Assembly (NCBI GenBank): GCA_963845755.1
Contig: CAWJTV010000011.1
Coordinates: 1,024,001 to 1,088,000 of the forward strand
Source: an uncultured Planctomycetota bacterium
GTDB taxonomy: Bacteria; Planctomycetota; Planctomycetia; Isosphaerales; Isosphaeraceae
DNA: 64,000 nucleotides
Direction: 5' to 3'
In this document: positions 22,444 through 33,832 of the stretch, in pieces
Position numbering within the stretch: the stretch's first letter is position 1
Layout of the letters: every line of letters begins with the position of its first letter
Notes under the pieces: generated by a model
Database searches by the model: none
Told to the model about the DNA's origin: nothing
The model's input: the letters and a program-made list of their open reading frames with translations, nothing else
Translations under genes and position numbers: made by a program

Positions 22444-22554
22444 CCGGTGGTGCCTGGGATTGCAATCGCCAGGCCGTGACACTGCCGGCACAAGGAAATA
22501 GGGGGACGGACGGCAGACATTCATGAGGGAGCGACCCTGTCGGATCCCAGGCAA

Positions 22555-23019
22555 ATGCTTCAGCAGGCGAAGATGACGCCCCAAGGTCTTCTCCCTGCTC
22601 ATGAGGATCGGCTTGAAGTTCGCGACGATTCTCCATCTCGGGAACGGCCGATCGCTCCTCAACGGGAAGGCATCGAGCTGGGTATCGGCAGCGGCCATCG
22701 GTTCGTGGACAATCTCGGCGCAGTTGAGGCTCGTCCCAAGCCGCACGGGTTACTCCCATTGCCGGCCGAAGTGGAAGCGATCGTTGCCAAAGAGAAGATA
22801 CGGCTCGCCGGCGAGCATGGCATCATTCCGACGGCCGAGGCGACCCAGCGAATGGTGGACTCCTTGTGCCTTCAGTACTTTTTCGACGGCATTGATGTCG
22901 CGTAACGCCAATCGGCTCGCGGCGTCGAGGTGCTCGCGGTCGGCCTGGAAGAAGTGGGAAGGTTCATCGAGGACGCAACGCCCGATCAGCGGGAAGGCGT
23001 TGTGATCGGGCAGGGATGA
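22555..23019 (+). pseudogene. Hypothetical protein interrupted by an in-frame TAA
   Basis: ...LQYFFDGIDVA-TAA(22903)-RQSARGVEVLAVGLEEVGRF... continues in frame to TGA 23019. Confidence 0.45.
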
Positions 23020-23258
23020 CCATGTCGCGAGTGGAACAGCCGCTTCTGGCCAAGACGCCCTTGTCCGGAGATGTCCTCCTTCGCGCCGAGTTGCCGATTC
23101 CAATCCTGACGAGTGCCCAGATCAGGGCGCACTGGAGCCGCCTCACGAGCCGCAGGTGATCAAGTTGAGTAACATGCGGGCCCCTCCGCTCCGCGAACCC
23201 GGCTCGGATCCGGACGCGATCGGCCGGCGGGAACCCGTCGAATCGCGATGGATCCAGT

Positions 23259-25047
23259 CTATTCCAACCCGGCTCGGATTGCCAAGGCAGGGCAAGCCTC
23301 GCGACTGCGCGACAAGTATCCCCGCTGGCCATGCGCGAGTTCGGCCGTCTCGAGGTCCCGGTCCAGGTCCGGTCGATGGGCGATCGCGATCGCCGCCGCG
23401 AGCAGGAATAGGCTGCCAGCGACCAGGGCGGACAGGCCCGTGGCCGTGCCGAGAAACGCGGGTTGGAGCTGTGCGATGCGGCGAAGGGCTTCCCATCCGG
23501 ATGCACCGCCGGAGTAGGCGGGGAGCATCCGTGTCCAGAGCAAGGTCTGCTCGCCGATCAGGCAGGAGCCGACGAGGATCGCGGCCAGCGTTGTGCCCAG
23601 CCGGCGCCAGGGCCAGGCCAACGCGCCGGCGATCGTGAGGGCCAGGAACCAGGGCAGGGCCGCCGCGGCGTACCACGGGCCGGTGGTCGCCCGGCCCCAG
23701 GCCAGCTTGGACTGAACGGCGTGGTAGTCGAGTGCCACGGTCACGCTGAGGCAGAGCAGCAGACACGCGATCGGTGTCCCGATCGAGTCGAACGCCGTAG
23801 CCGGCCCGTCGAGCTGGCGCCCGCGAAGCCGGAACCGCCGGCCCAGGCGACCGCCAAGTCGCCGATCCGCGCGTCCGACCAGCCACCACCCCCAGCCCAG
23901 CAGCCCGGCCAGGGCGGCGTCGAAGTAGGCCGCGCGCACGGTCAACCCCGACCCGACGAAGCTCCAGCCGCCCGCGACGAACGTCTGGCTCAGCCAGAGC
24001 CGTTTCGCCTCCCTGATCCACGAGAAGGTCCCGGCGGTGTGAAACAGGTCGGCCAGGCTCCGCCCCTGGTGCCGGTTGAGCACGGCCTCTTGCATCGGCG
24101 TCGGGACGCCGTAGTCCGCGAGGTTGGACCCGACCTCCGGCCCGACCATGACGCACAGGCCCAGTCCCATCGCCAGCCCGGAGCCCAGCGCACGACCGGC
24201 CGGAACCCGTTCGCGAATCACAGCGATGAGCCAGCAGCCCGCCAGGAAGGGGACCAGGCTCCACTGCGTCGCCTTGATCAGGATCGCCGAACCCGTCAAG
24301 AGCCCAAGTCCGGCGCATTGCCAGGTCCATCGGCGTGGGTCCAGCCCCAGCGCCGGCCACGACGACCGTGGCCAGGAAGATGCCCAGGGCATCGTTGGAG
24401 ACGCGCGTGCCGGTCATCAAGAACACGGGGTGCACCGCGATCGCCAGGCCGACCCACGCCGCAACCCGCCGCGATCGCACCCGACCTGCGACCACCCCCA
24501 GCGCGACCCATACCGCGCCCGCCATGAACAGCAGGTTTATTAGCCTCAGTCCCCCGACCGAGCTCCGCAGGTCGTGCACGCCGCCCATCGACTCGAACCA
24601 CGGGGCTGCCAGGCGGTAATACCACCACGAATGCTGCGCCTGGTAAAGCTTGATGGGATTGGCGCGTCCTGTCCCCTCGAGGCGGGCCGGGGCACTCTCG
24701 CCGGCTGTCGCCTTCGATGGGTGACGGGACCAGTACGCCGCATATCCCACCGCGCCGAGGCGGGGGTCCATCTGCTCCAGGGCGGACCGGGGCTGCGGGA
24801 ACGCCGGCAACATCGCCGACAGCAGGGAGCGCGGGACTTCCGTCTCGCCCAGGGTCGCCCGCCGTCCGGTCTCGCTCACGTGAACCACGTAAGCGACGTG
24901 CTGATACTCGTCCCAGCCCTCGAACGGCGGCATCACGCACAGCTCGACCAGCCCGCGCGCCAGGACCAACCCCGTCAACAGCAGGCGAAGCCACCATTCG
25001 AGCGAGGGGGGCGAGCCACGGTCCGGCGAGTGCTCGGCCGATCCCAT
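23259..25047 (-). CDS. GT-C (DUF2142/GT39-like) membrane glycosyltransferase, frameshifted
   Basis: MPPFEGWDEYQHVAYV, YQAQH..YY.L, VSNDAL, many TM segments; frame switch near 24350. Confidence 0.7.
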
Positions 25048-25357
25048 CGCGCGTTCCCCATGGCTTCGGTTCAGTTCGACCCATCGTCTCGCCGCGTGGC
25101 GTCCCATGTCCGTGTCTATCGGCCAGGCCGCGCGTCGCATTCACGTGTGAGCGTATCGGGAGTCGAGGAATGATCAGAAGAATCATCATGATCGGAAACA
25201 TCGGCTTTTCCGGATCTCGTGAAGAGCGTAAAACCGAACCATTCGCGACGGCTTCGCGTTGGATCGGACGAACGAACGGAGTATGATGGAGGCGATCTGT
25301 TCAGGTGAGGCGAGTCTCGGACCACTTGATTGGGGCGGTCGGAAAGGGAGTCGGACC

Positions 25358-25924
25358 ATGATCCATGGGATTTATCACATGACCCCGCGCCAGTTCCGCA
25401 AGGCGATCGATGCCGGGGTGTTCGGGGAGCGTCACGTCGAACTCTTGGGAGGGATACCCTTCATCATGTCGGAGAACCCGCCGCACATTCTGGCTTCGGC
25501 TAATGTCGCTTCAGAGTTGTTTACGCTCGCACCTCGGCCTCAATGGTTTGTCAACAAGGAACACCGCTTGAGGTTGGGTCAGTGGCGACCACTCGCGGAC
25601 ACCATCGTGCTCCGCGGTCCCAAGTCAACCTACGGCACTCGCCTGGCCCGAGCCGCCGAGGTTGCACTGCTGGTTGAAGTCTCCGACACGACCTACGCCA
25701 AGGACAGCGGGCCGAAGCTGCGCCGGTATGCCACCTTCCGTATCCCGGTCTACTGGATCGTCGATTTGAACCGCCGGATCGTCGAGGTCCGCACCGGGCC
25801 GTTCGGCAAGGGGAAGCAGGCCGGTTACGCGCATTGCGACACCTATCGTGAGGGGGACACGATCCCGGTGGAATTGGATGGCCAGGAGGTCGGGCGGGTC
25901 GCGGTGTCCGATCTACTGCCCTGA
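25358..25924 (+). CDS. Uma2 (DUF820) PD-(D/E)xK endonuclease-like protein, copy 1
   Basis: VELLGG, PPH, LLVEVSDTT, KLRRYA, IPVYWIVDL. Confidence 0.9.
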   Translation: MIHGIYHMTPRQFRKAIDAGVFGERHVELLGGIPFIMSENPPHILASANVASELFTLAPRPQWFVNKEHRLRLGQWRPLADTIVLRGPKSTYGTRLARAAEVALLVEVSDTTYAKDSGPKLRRYATFRIPVYWIVDLNRRIVEVRTGPFGKGKQAGYAHCDTYREGDTIPVELDGQEVGRVAVSDLLP

Positions 25925-25961
25925 GCGTATATCTCTGAATAACGTCTTCATAATTGCGATC

Positions 25962-28642
25962 TCAATAGCCCAGGCAACAGTTGGGCTCGACCGAACTCAA
26001 TCCGCTGATGCGGCCTTGCAGGGGAAGCCGCTTCGCCTCGGCCGCCTGGTCGTGGACGACCTTGCCGCCGAGGACGACGTGCGTCACGTGCGTGGTGTGT
26101 TCGAACGGGTCGCCGTCGTAGAGGACCAGGTCGGCCACCTTGCCCGGCTCCAGGCTGCCGTATTCCGCGTCGATCTTCAGGATGCGGGCCGCGTCGAGTG
26201 TGATCGCCTTGAGCGCGCGGTCGTAGCCCAGGCCGTTGACCATCGCGATCGCCGCCTCGGATCGCAGGACGCGCGTCTTGGGGACGTAGGACTCGAAGCC
26301 CGAAGTGATGGCGATCGGGATGCCTCGATCGGCCAGCAGGCCGGCATTGTTCAGCGTCGTATTGAAGGTCTCGGGTGATCCCGGGCCGTTGCATGGTCGG
26401 GTGGACCAGCACGGGCACCTTGGCCGCGGCGATCGAGTCGGCGATCAGGTAGGCTTCGGTGGCCAGGCTGAGCCGTCGCCTCGAGGCCGAACTCGTCCTT
26501 CAGGCGCAGGGCGGTGGCCAGGTCGTCGGCGCGGTGGGCGGCGAAGAGCGCGGGGACCTTCCGGTCCAGGAGCAGGCCGAGGGCCTCATGCTTGAGGTTG
26601 CGGTCCGGCGTCGGCGCGTCGGCCTTGGCGGCCTGGCGCTTCTTCCGGTCGTTGGACGCGGCGACCAGGGCATTGCGGATCAAGGCCGCGGTCCCCATGC
26701 GGGTGCCGGGCGCCTTGCCGGGATACGTCGTCTTGGGCACCTCACCCAGTTGGAAGACGACCGCCGAGGGGAACCGTACCGTCATGGCCTCGACCGTCCG
26801 GCCGTGGGTACGGAAGATCCCCGCCTGGCCGCCGATCACGTTGACGGGACCGGGACAGGCCTGGATGACCGTCACACCCTGCCGCATGGCGAATTCCAGC
26901 AGCGGCTCGGCCGGGTTGAAGCTGTCGAGGATCCGCGCATCGGCCTGGTTCGGGTCGCTCCGTTCGTCCTGATCCTGGTCGGCCAGGTCGTTGAGCTGAC
27001 CCGAGACACCAACCACGGTATGAGCATCGATCAACCCCGGCGTGACGACCGTGGCCGAGAGCACGGGAGTCCCCGCGGGCAGCTCGGTGCCCTCGGCGCT
27101 GCCGGCGTGGCGGATCTTCCCATCCTCAATCAGGACGAGCCCGTTCCGGACCGGCGGCCCCTTGACGGTGTAAAGCAATCCGGCCCGGACCGCCAGGCGC
27201 CTGGCGTCGCGCGGGATGTCAGGACCGCCCTGCGCCGCCGGGGGGACCGGGTCGGGCGGCGTGGTCAGCGGCGCCGGCCTGGGCCGGGTGGCAGGATCCG
27301 CCAGCGCGAAGCCGCCGACCGCATAGTTGCCCTGACTCCCCTCGGTGCGATCATAACGTTTTCGACCCTCGATATAGGTTTGCAAGACCTGCGTATAGAC
27401 GCTGAACGGCCGCCCGGAGAGCACGACAAAGTCGGCATCCTTACCGGACTCGATCGAGCCGACGCGGCGCTCCAGGTGCAGCATCGCGGCGGGGTTGAGC
27501 GTCAGGGCCTTCAGCGCCGCGGCTTCCGACAGCCCGCCGCGCACCGCCAGGCCCGCGGTCCGCAGCAAGAATCGCGATTCGGTGACGGAGTCGTCCGTGT
27601 TGATCGCGATCGGGACCCCGGCCTTCTCGAGGATAGCGGCCTCCTGGTAGATCAGGTCAACCACCTCGGGCTTGCCGCCGGGGCTATCCACAATGGTCAT
27701 CGAGACGGGGATCTTCCGCCGCGCCAGCTCGTCGACCACCTTGTACGCCTCAGTACCATGCTGGACCACGACCTCGAAGCCGAACTCCTCGGCCAGGCGG
27801 ACCACCGTCATGATGTCGTCGGCGCGATGGGAATGGAAATGGACGGTCCGCTTGCGATCGAGCACCTCGACGAGCGTCTCGAGCGCCAGGTCGCGATCGG
27901 GCTCCGGCGGCTCCTTGGCCTGGTTCTTCGCGTCCTTGGCCTGGTTCTCGGCCCTGGCCTTGTCCCGGGCCTGAAGGTACGACCGCCATTTGCGGCGATA
28001 GTCGAGGGCCTTGACGAACTGCTCGCGCTGGAGGGCCGCCAGGCGCATCCGGGTGCCGGGGGCCTGCTTCTGGGTACTATAGGCGCGCTTGGGGTTCTCG
28101 CCGTTGGCCATCTTGAGCCCGCCCTCGGGCGTGCCAGGCTGGACCATCATGTTGGTGATCGGCCCGGGCCGGAGTTTGACATAAAGGGTCTGGCCGCCGA
28201 TCACGTTGCCGCTGCCGGGCATGATGTTGGCCGTGGTCACGCCGCCGGTCAGGGCCATCCGGATCCCCGGATCCTCCGGCCAGATGGCGTCGACGGCCCG
28301 GATCCCCGCCTGGACGGGGCCGGTCATCTCATTGCCGTCGCCGTGGGCCTGGACGGACGGCCGGGGAGAAATCCCGATATGCGAATGGGTATCGACCAGC
28401 CCCGGGATCACGAGCTTGCCGTCGAGATGGTGGACGACCGCCCCATCGGGGATCGCGACCTCACCCCGCTTGCCCACCGCGAGGAACTTGCCGTCCTGGA
28501 CCACGAAATCGGCATCGGCGATCTCGCCCTGGGCGACAGTCAGGACCGTCGCGCCGCGATAGACCTGCGCCGGCTCCATGCCGGACGCCGCGCGGCCCAG
28601 GAACGTCAACGGGAGACACAACAGCATGGTGAACGCGCGCAT
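25962..28642 (-). CDS. Exported tandem double amidohydrolase-domain protein, frameshifted
   Basis: Signal peptide; PGLVDTHSH, LKMANGENPK, HSHRADD, GKDADFVV; second domain PGLIDAHT ... GKVADLVLYDGDPF. Confidence 0.85.
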
Positions 28643-29367
28643 GAGTCAATCTCAACGGGGTAACGATTGGGATCAGGGGCGGAAGATGGGTGCACTGCCG
28701 GTGTCGGTACAATACAGCGAGTGTGACGGCGCCGCAACGACTACCCCCACCGGAGGATCGCCTTGTCCTCCTCGGCGACGGCTTACCCTCGTATGGCGTC
28801 CGAGCCCGCGCGGGCGATGGCACAACGCCCGGCAAGGACCACGACCGTCCTGATGACGTAACTCCTGCTGATTTCTCGATTTCAGTCGGAAAAACCGGCG
28901 ACACGGACTGACACTCGATGGCAACTATTCGACGGGCCTGCGGCGAGGGTAGCCCATCCTCGACCTGTTGGCGGGTCGTCGGGCAGGGCAATCGGGGTGC
29001 GTGAAGATAGGAGGCGAGCCTGGATAGGATGGGGACGCCGGGCCGAGCGGCCCCAGACCGCTCGCGCGCACGCTACCCCGTTACAATCAGTATGCCTCAA
29101 CTTTGGAATTCGGTTAATGCACCTATCGGGGGATTCGCCCGATTACTCGGCGCAACTCCAGACGCTACAGGAATATAAGAATATTCATAGAAAAAAGTAA
29201 GCTGTGGACTGTTTTCCCCGAACCGGCGGTGTCGGTGGCTCCCGGGATCCGGTGCGGCCGGGCGGAACACCCCGACAATCATGAAGATCTGCGCCTTCCT
29301 CCCGCACGAAGGTATCGGCCCAAGATCGGTCAGCGGGGCGGGCGGCTCGGCTCGGCGACGAAGCGCT

Positions 29368-29427
29368 GTCGGGTGGGTGCAACCCACCAAGAAGTGGCCC
29401 GATCCTGGTGGGTTTCACCCATCCTAC
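29368..29427. repeat. REP doublet (REPIN-like), family B
   Basis: GTCGGGTGGGTGCAACCCACC ... GGTGGGTTTCACCCATCCTAC; spacer similar to the copy at 54153. Confidence 0.8.
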
Positions 29428-29433
29428 AAAGAC

Positions 29434-29652
29434 TCAGGAACCGGGTCGAATCTCCCGGCGGAGCCAGGCGCGAGCGTACGCCCAGAGTCGGTCGGCCGAC
29501 CGCGGTGAGATGCCGAGGACATCCGCGGCCTGGGGGATCGACAGCCCCGCGAAGTAGCGGAGCTCGACCAGCCGGACGGCCAGTCCATGAGAGGGTTCGC
29601 GCCGCCCGAGCCAGGCGGTCCAGCCCGAGGTATCGGCGAACCAGCGTGTCAT
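29434..29652 (-). pseudogene. Chimeric ORF: PIN/VapC-like N-terminus fused to an ECF sigma region-4 C-terminus
   Basis: MTRWFADTSGW...REPSH (PIN start) joined to LVELRYFAGLSIPQAADVLGISPRSADRLWAYARAWL (ECF sigma4). Confidence 0.65.
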
Positions 29653-29888
29653 CGCGATTCGTCTTGGAATTCTTGAGAAAGGGACTGGCCGAGGTATTCA
29701 TCATGGCGCTGGGCAACATCGGCGATGTCGGAATCGATGGCGCCGGCCCAGCGCATCAACGGATCATTCTCCAGGTCGATGAGCCGGCGCGCCAGCCAAA
29801 CCCCGACCAGGGCCTCGGGCGTCGTCCCTTCCTGAGCGGCCCACTTTTCCAGGCTGTGGTAGACAGGTTCGGGAATGTCGATCGTCAA
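29649..29888 (-). CDS. Putative type II antitoxin (VapB-like)
   Basis: TIDIPEPVYHSLEKWAAQEGTTPE...DPLMRWAGAIDSDIADVAQRHDEYLG; ATGA overlap with the downstream ORF. Confidence 0.7.
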   Translation of the reverse strand: MTIDIPEPVYHSLEKWAAQEGTTPEALVGVWLARRLIDLENDPLMRWAGAIDSDIADVAQRHDEYLGQSLSQEFQDESR

Positions 29889-29940
29889 CGAATGCGCCAG
29901 GAAAGGCGGCCTCGCGTTTCAAAGGGTTTCTCACCCCATT

Positions 29941-32881
29941 CTACGGTCTGGCTCGAGGGTTTGTCTCCATCGCCTTCCGCCAGGCGGCGGCCTGGTCTTT
30001 CTTGCCCCAGGCGTCGTAGAAGGCGACGAGCCGCGCGCCGGCCTGCGCCGGGCGCTTCTTCCTCCAGAGGAACGGAATCCGCTCCTCGCACCGACTCAGG
30101 CCCTCGTAGCCCCCGATCAACAGCGGCTCGGCCTCGGTGTATCTCTGCTGTCCGACCAAGGCCTCGCCTAGAACGCTCTGGGCATCGAACCGGGTCCAAT
30201 GGTCGGGATGGCGGTCCAGCCGGATCGCCAGGGCGCGGCGGCCCTCGGTCTCGGCCTCGGCAGGCTTGTGCTGCATGAGATGGAGGCGGGCCAGGGCGGT
30301 GGCCGTCTCGGCGACGAGATTACCCTCGTCTCCCAGGTTGGCGCAGGCCTTCTGAGCTTCGATGAGTGGCAGTTCGGCCTTCTCGGGCCGGCCCTCATCC
30401 AGATAGAGCTCGGCTAGCGGAATCAGTGCAAGCAGGCTGCTGTGCTCCCCCGTCGAGTGGCGCCAGCCCTCGAGCGCTTGAATGAACAGCGTTTCGGCCT
30501 CCGCCGGTCGGCCTTGTGTTTGGTAGGTCTTGGCAAGGACTTCCATCGCGAAGGCCACTTCATGGTGATCCGCTTTCAAAATACGCCGAAACTCCTCCAG
30601 TGCTTTGGTTAAGAGTGCTTCCGCTTCCGCGGCTCTCCCCGTTCTTTCGAGCAAGGACGCCCGAATGACAATCCACCTCAATGTGTCAAAATGTCCCGCC
30701 CCCCGCATTCGGCGTGTCCCCTCCAACGCTTGAGCGGATAATTCCTCGGCGCGGGCGTACGCGCCCTGCTCCTGATAGAGCCATGCCAGATTGGCCATCA
30801 TGGTGAACCTGAGGGTGTCTTCCTCGCTCAAGATGCGGCGAGCGATCTCCATCGCCCTCGTCAGAAGCGCCTCGCTCTCTGCGAACTTGCCCTCCCAGGT
30901 GTCGAGCAGGGCGAGGTCATTCATCGTCACGATGGTGGTGCGGTGTTCCTCACCGAGCGACGTTGCGACACAACTTCAGAGCTGTGGTGTAGCGTTGATC
31001 GGCCTGCGAGAACTTGCCCTGGACCAAGAGCAGATTTCCCAGCCGGTAGATGGCTCGAATCGTGTCAGGGTGCCCCTCGCCCACGACACGACGGAGTCCC
31101 TCGAACGCCTCGATGTCGAGAGACTCGGCCTTCGCGTACTTCCCCTGATCCGCGTAGAGCCGTGCCAGGCTGCCGATGATATTGAGCGTTTCTCGGTACT
31201 GGTCCCCCAATTCGCGTCGGGCCAGTGCGACGGACCGCTCCAGTTGCTCTTCCGCCAAGGGGTAGAGTGCCAGGGCGAAATAGGTGTCGCCGATTGTCCG
31301 TCGTAACGCCGCCTCGACTGCAGGCTGGCCGGCGAACTTGCCGCCGATGGCTGTTGCGGCGCGATCCAGCAGGGTGCGCACCTTGATATCGGGATCGGGC
31401 TTCTGATCAGGACCTCCCTGCTTGTTCACGTCGGCCTGGCCCAGCAGGTCTTGCTGGAGGAAGTCGTTGACCGCCCGGGCGATCTCGCCCTCGGTCGTCG
31501 CTCGCTCGGCTTCCGCCTTCGCCACCTGCTCGGCCGCCACGGCGCGGTTCCGTTCCCGAGTCGAGGCCCGCTCGGCTTGCGCGGCACGGATCGCGAGATA
31601 AATGCTGACCACGGTAGCCACGACGAGCAGAAGCGCGAATGCGCCCGCTGTCGCCAACGACGCCCGGTGCTTGCGCGCGAACTTCTCGACCTTGTACCAG
31701 GCCGAGGGCGGACCGGCCTCGACCGCGTCGCCGACCAGGTAGCGCTGGATGTCCCGTGCCAGGCCGTTGGCCGTCTCGTACCGCCGCGTGCGCTCTTTCT
31801 CCAGGGCCTTCATCACGATCCAGTCGAGCTCGCCCCGGACCAGCCGCGTCAGCCGGGCGGGCTCGATGCGGCGGGTGGCTGCGATTGAGGCCAGCCGGTC
31901 TCCCGAGTGGCTCAGGCGCGTCGAGGGCCTGGGCGGCTCTTCTTCCTTGATCCGTCGCAGGATCTCGGCATAGCCGGCCTCGCGCACCTTGGCTCGCTCC
32001 AGCGGCGTCGTGCCGGTCAAGAGTTCGTAGAGCAGGACGCCCAGCGAGTAGATGTCGCTGCGGGTGTCGACGTCCAGGCCGGAGAGCTCGGCTTGCTCGG
32101 GGCTCATGTATTCGGGCGTGCCGATCAAGGCGCCGAACTGGGTGAAGAGCGTGCGCTCAGTCAGCCGCTGATCGATCGCCTTGGCCACGCCGAAGTCGAT
32201 GATCTTGGGCACCGGGCTGCCGTCGTGGAGCGTGACCAGGACGTTCGACGGCTTGACGTCGCGGTGGATGATCCCCTTCTGGTGAGCATGCTGGATGGCC
32301 TGGCAGACGGGGATGAACAGCTCGAGCCGCTCGCGGGGGCTGAGCTTGGCCTCGTCGCAATACTGGGTGATCGGAATCCCGCGCACCAGGTCCATGACGA
32401 AGTAGGGGCGTCCGGAGGTCGTGGTGCCGGCATCGAGGACGCGGGCGATGTTGGGATGGTCCATCAGGGCCAGGGCCTGGCGTTCGGCTTCGAACCGAGC
32501 AACGACCTGTCGGGTGTCCATGCCGGGCTTGATGATCTTCATCGCGACCTTGCGACGGACGGGCGTCTCCTGCTCGGCCATGTAGACGACACCCATGCCC
32601 CCCTCGCCGATCTGCTGGAGGAGCTTGTACGGGCCAATCCGACTGCCGGGTCCTTCGGTGATCGGGCTCAGGCGCGATCCTTCGTCGCCGATCGGGGCGG
32701 TGGCGTCGCCGAGATCGGCGGGTGGTTCGAGGAAGCTGTCGGACTCGGCATCGGCGGCCAGCAGGTCGTCGATGCGTCGGCGGAGGTCGGCGTCGCCGAC
32801 GCAGGCCTGGTCGAGATAGGCGGCGCGGTCGGCCGGATCGGTCCAGTCGAGGGCGGCGAGGAAGATCGCGCGTTCGGTCAT
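29941..32881 (-). CDS. Hanks-type Ser/Thr kinase with TM and TPR repeats, frameshifted
   Basis: IGEGGMGVVY, VAMKII, HRDVKPSN, DFG, GTPEYMSPE, SDIYSLG; TPR tract; frame switch near 30950. Confidence 0.92.
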
Positions 32882-33198
32882 GGTGAGTCTCTCCCTCGGG
32901 CTGACCTCCGCGTCCGCCTCGGTGGCGGCTCTATTCTCAATGCGACGCACGCGATGAAATCACGCCAGGACTTTTCCCCTGCGCCGAGGCCAGGCCGCTC
33001 GTGACTCGATGATCTGGACGGGATCGTTGCTTTTATATCACGTTGAACATCCCGATGCCAAAGAGGATTGGAAGAGTGGAGAGTTCCGACGCGCCACGAT
33101 AGTCGCAACGCTTGTCTTCTCCGGCGGCTCGAGGGTTTCTAGAATCATGGTGAGACCGCTCGGTGAACACGACCGTGCATCGGAAAGGACCCAGGACC

Positions 33199-33765
33199 AT
33201 GATCCATGGGATTTATCAGATGACCCCGCGGCAGTTCCGCAAGGCAATCGATGCCGGGGTCTTCGGCGAGAAAAAAGTGGAACTCCTGGGAGGGATTCCC
33301 TTTATCATGTCGCAGAACCCGCCGCACATTCTGGCCGTAGCCAAGGTCTTCCTGGCGTTACAAGCTATCGCCGCTCTACCTCGGTGGTTCGTCAACAGGG
33401 AGAGCAACATCTCGTTGCGGGGGTGGCTGCCGATTCCCGATGTCGTTATCCTCCGAGGTCCGATGGCGATCTACGGTCAGCGATTGGCCCGCGCCGGTGA
33501 TGTCCCTCTGTTGGTCGAGGTCTCCGACACGACCTACGCCAGGGACAGCGGGCCGAAGCTGCGGCGCTATGCCAGCTTCCGCATCCCGGTCTACTGGATC
33601 GTCGACCTGAACCGCCGGATCGTCGAGGTCCGCACGGGACCATTCGGCAAGGGGAAGCCGGCCGGTTACGCGGTGTGTCACACCTATCGCGAGGGTGACG
33701 TGATTCCCGTGGAGCTGGACGGTCAGGTGGTCGGACACATCGCGGTGTCCGACCTGCTGCCGTGA
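33199..33765 (+). CDS. Uma2 (DUF820) endonuclease-like protein, copy 2
   Basis: Paralog of 25358..25924; PIPDVV, LLVEVSDTT, IPVYWIVDL. Confidence 0.9.
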   Translation: MIHGIYQMTPRQFRKAIDAGVFGEKKVELLGGIPFIMSQNPPHILAVAKVFLALQAIAALPRWFVNRESNISLRGWLPIPDVVILRGPMAIYGQRLARAGDVPLLVEVSDTTYARDSGPKLRRYASFRIPVYWIVDLNRRIVEVRTGPFGKGKPAGYAVCHTYREGDVIPVELDGQVVGHIAVSDLLP

Positions 33766-33832
33766 GTCGGGAGATCGAGACGATTGACAGGCCAGGCCAT
33801 TCCACCGAGCCGGCCAGGAAGGAAGTGGGACC

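Noticed and set aside
26459..28663. Long plus-strand ORF (734 aa) and similar antisense ORFs (e.g. 12295..14142, 52365..53933, 54683..56206)
   Set aside because: Shadow frames of well-supported opposite-strand genes in high-GC DNA
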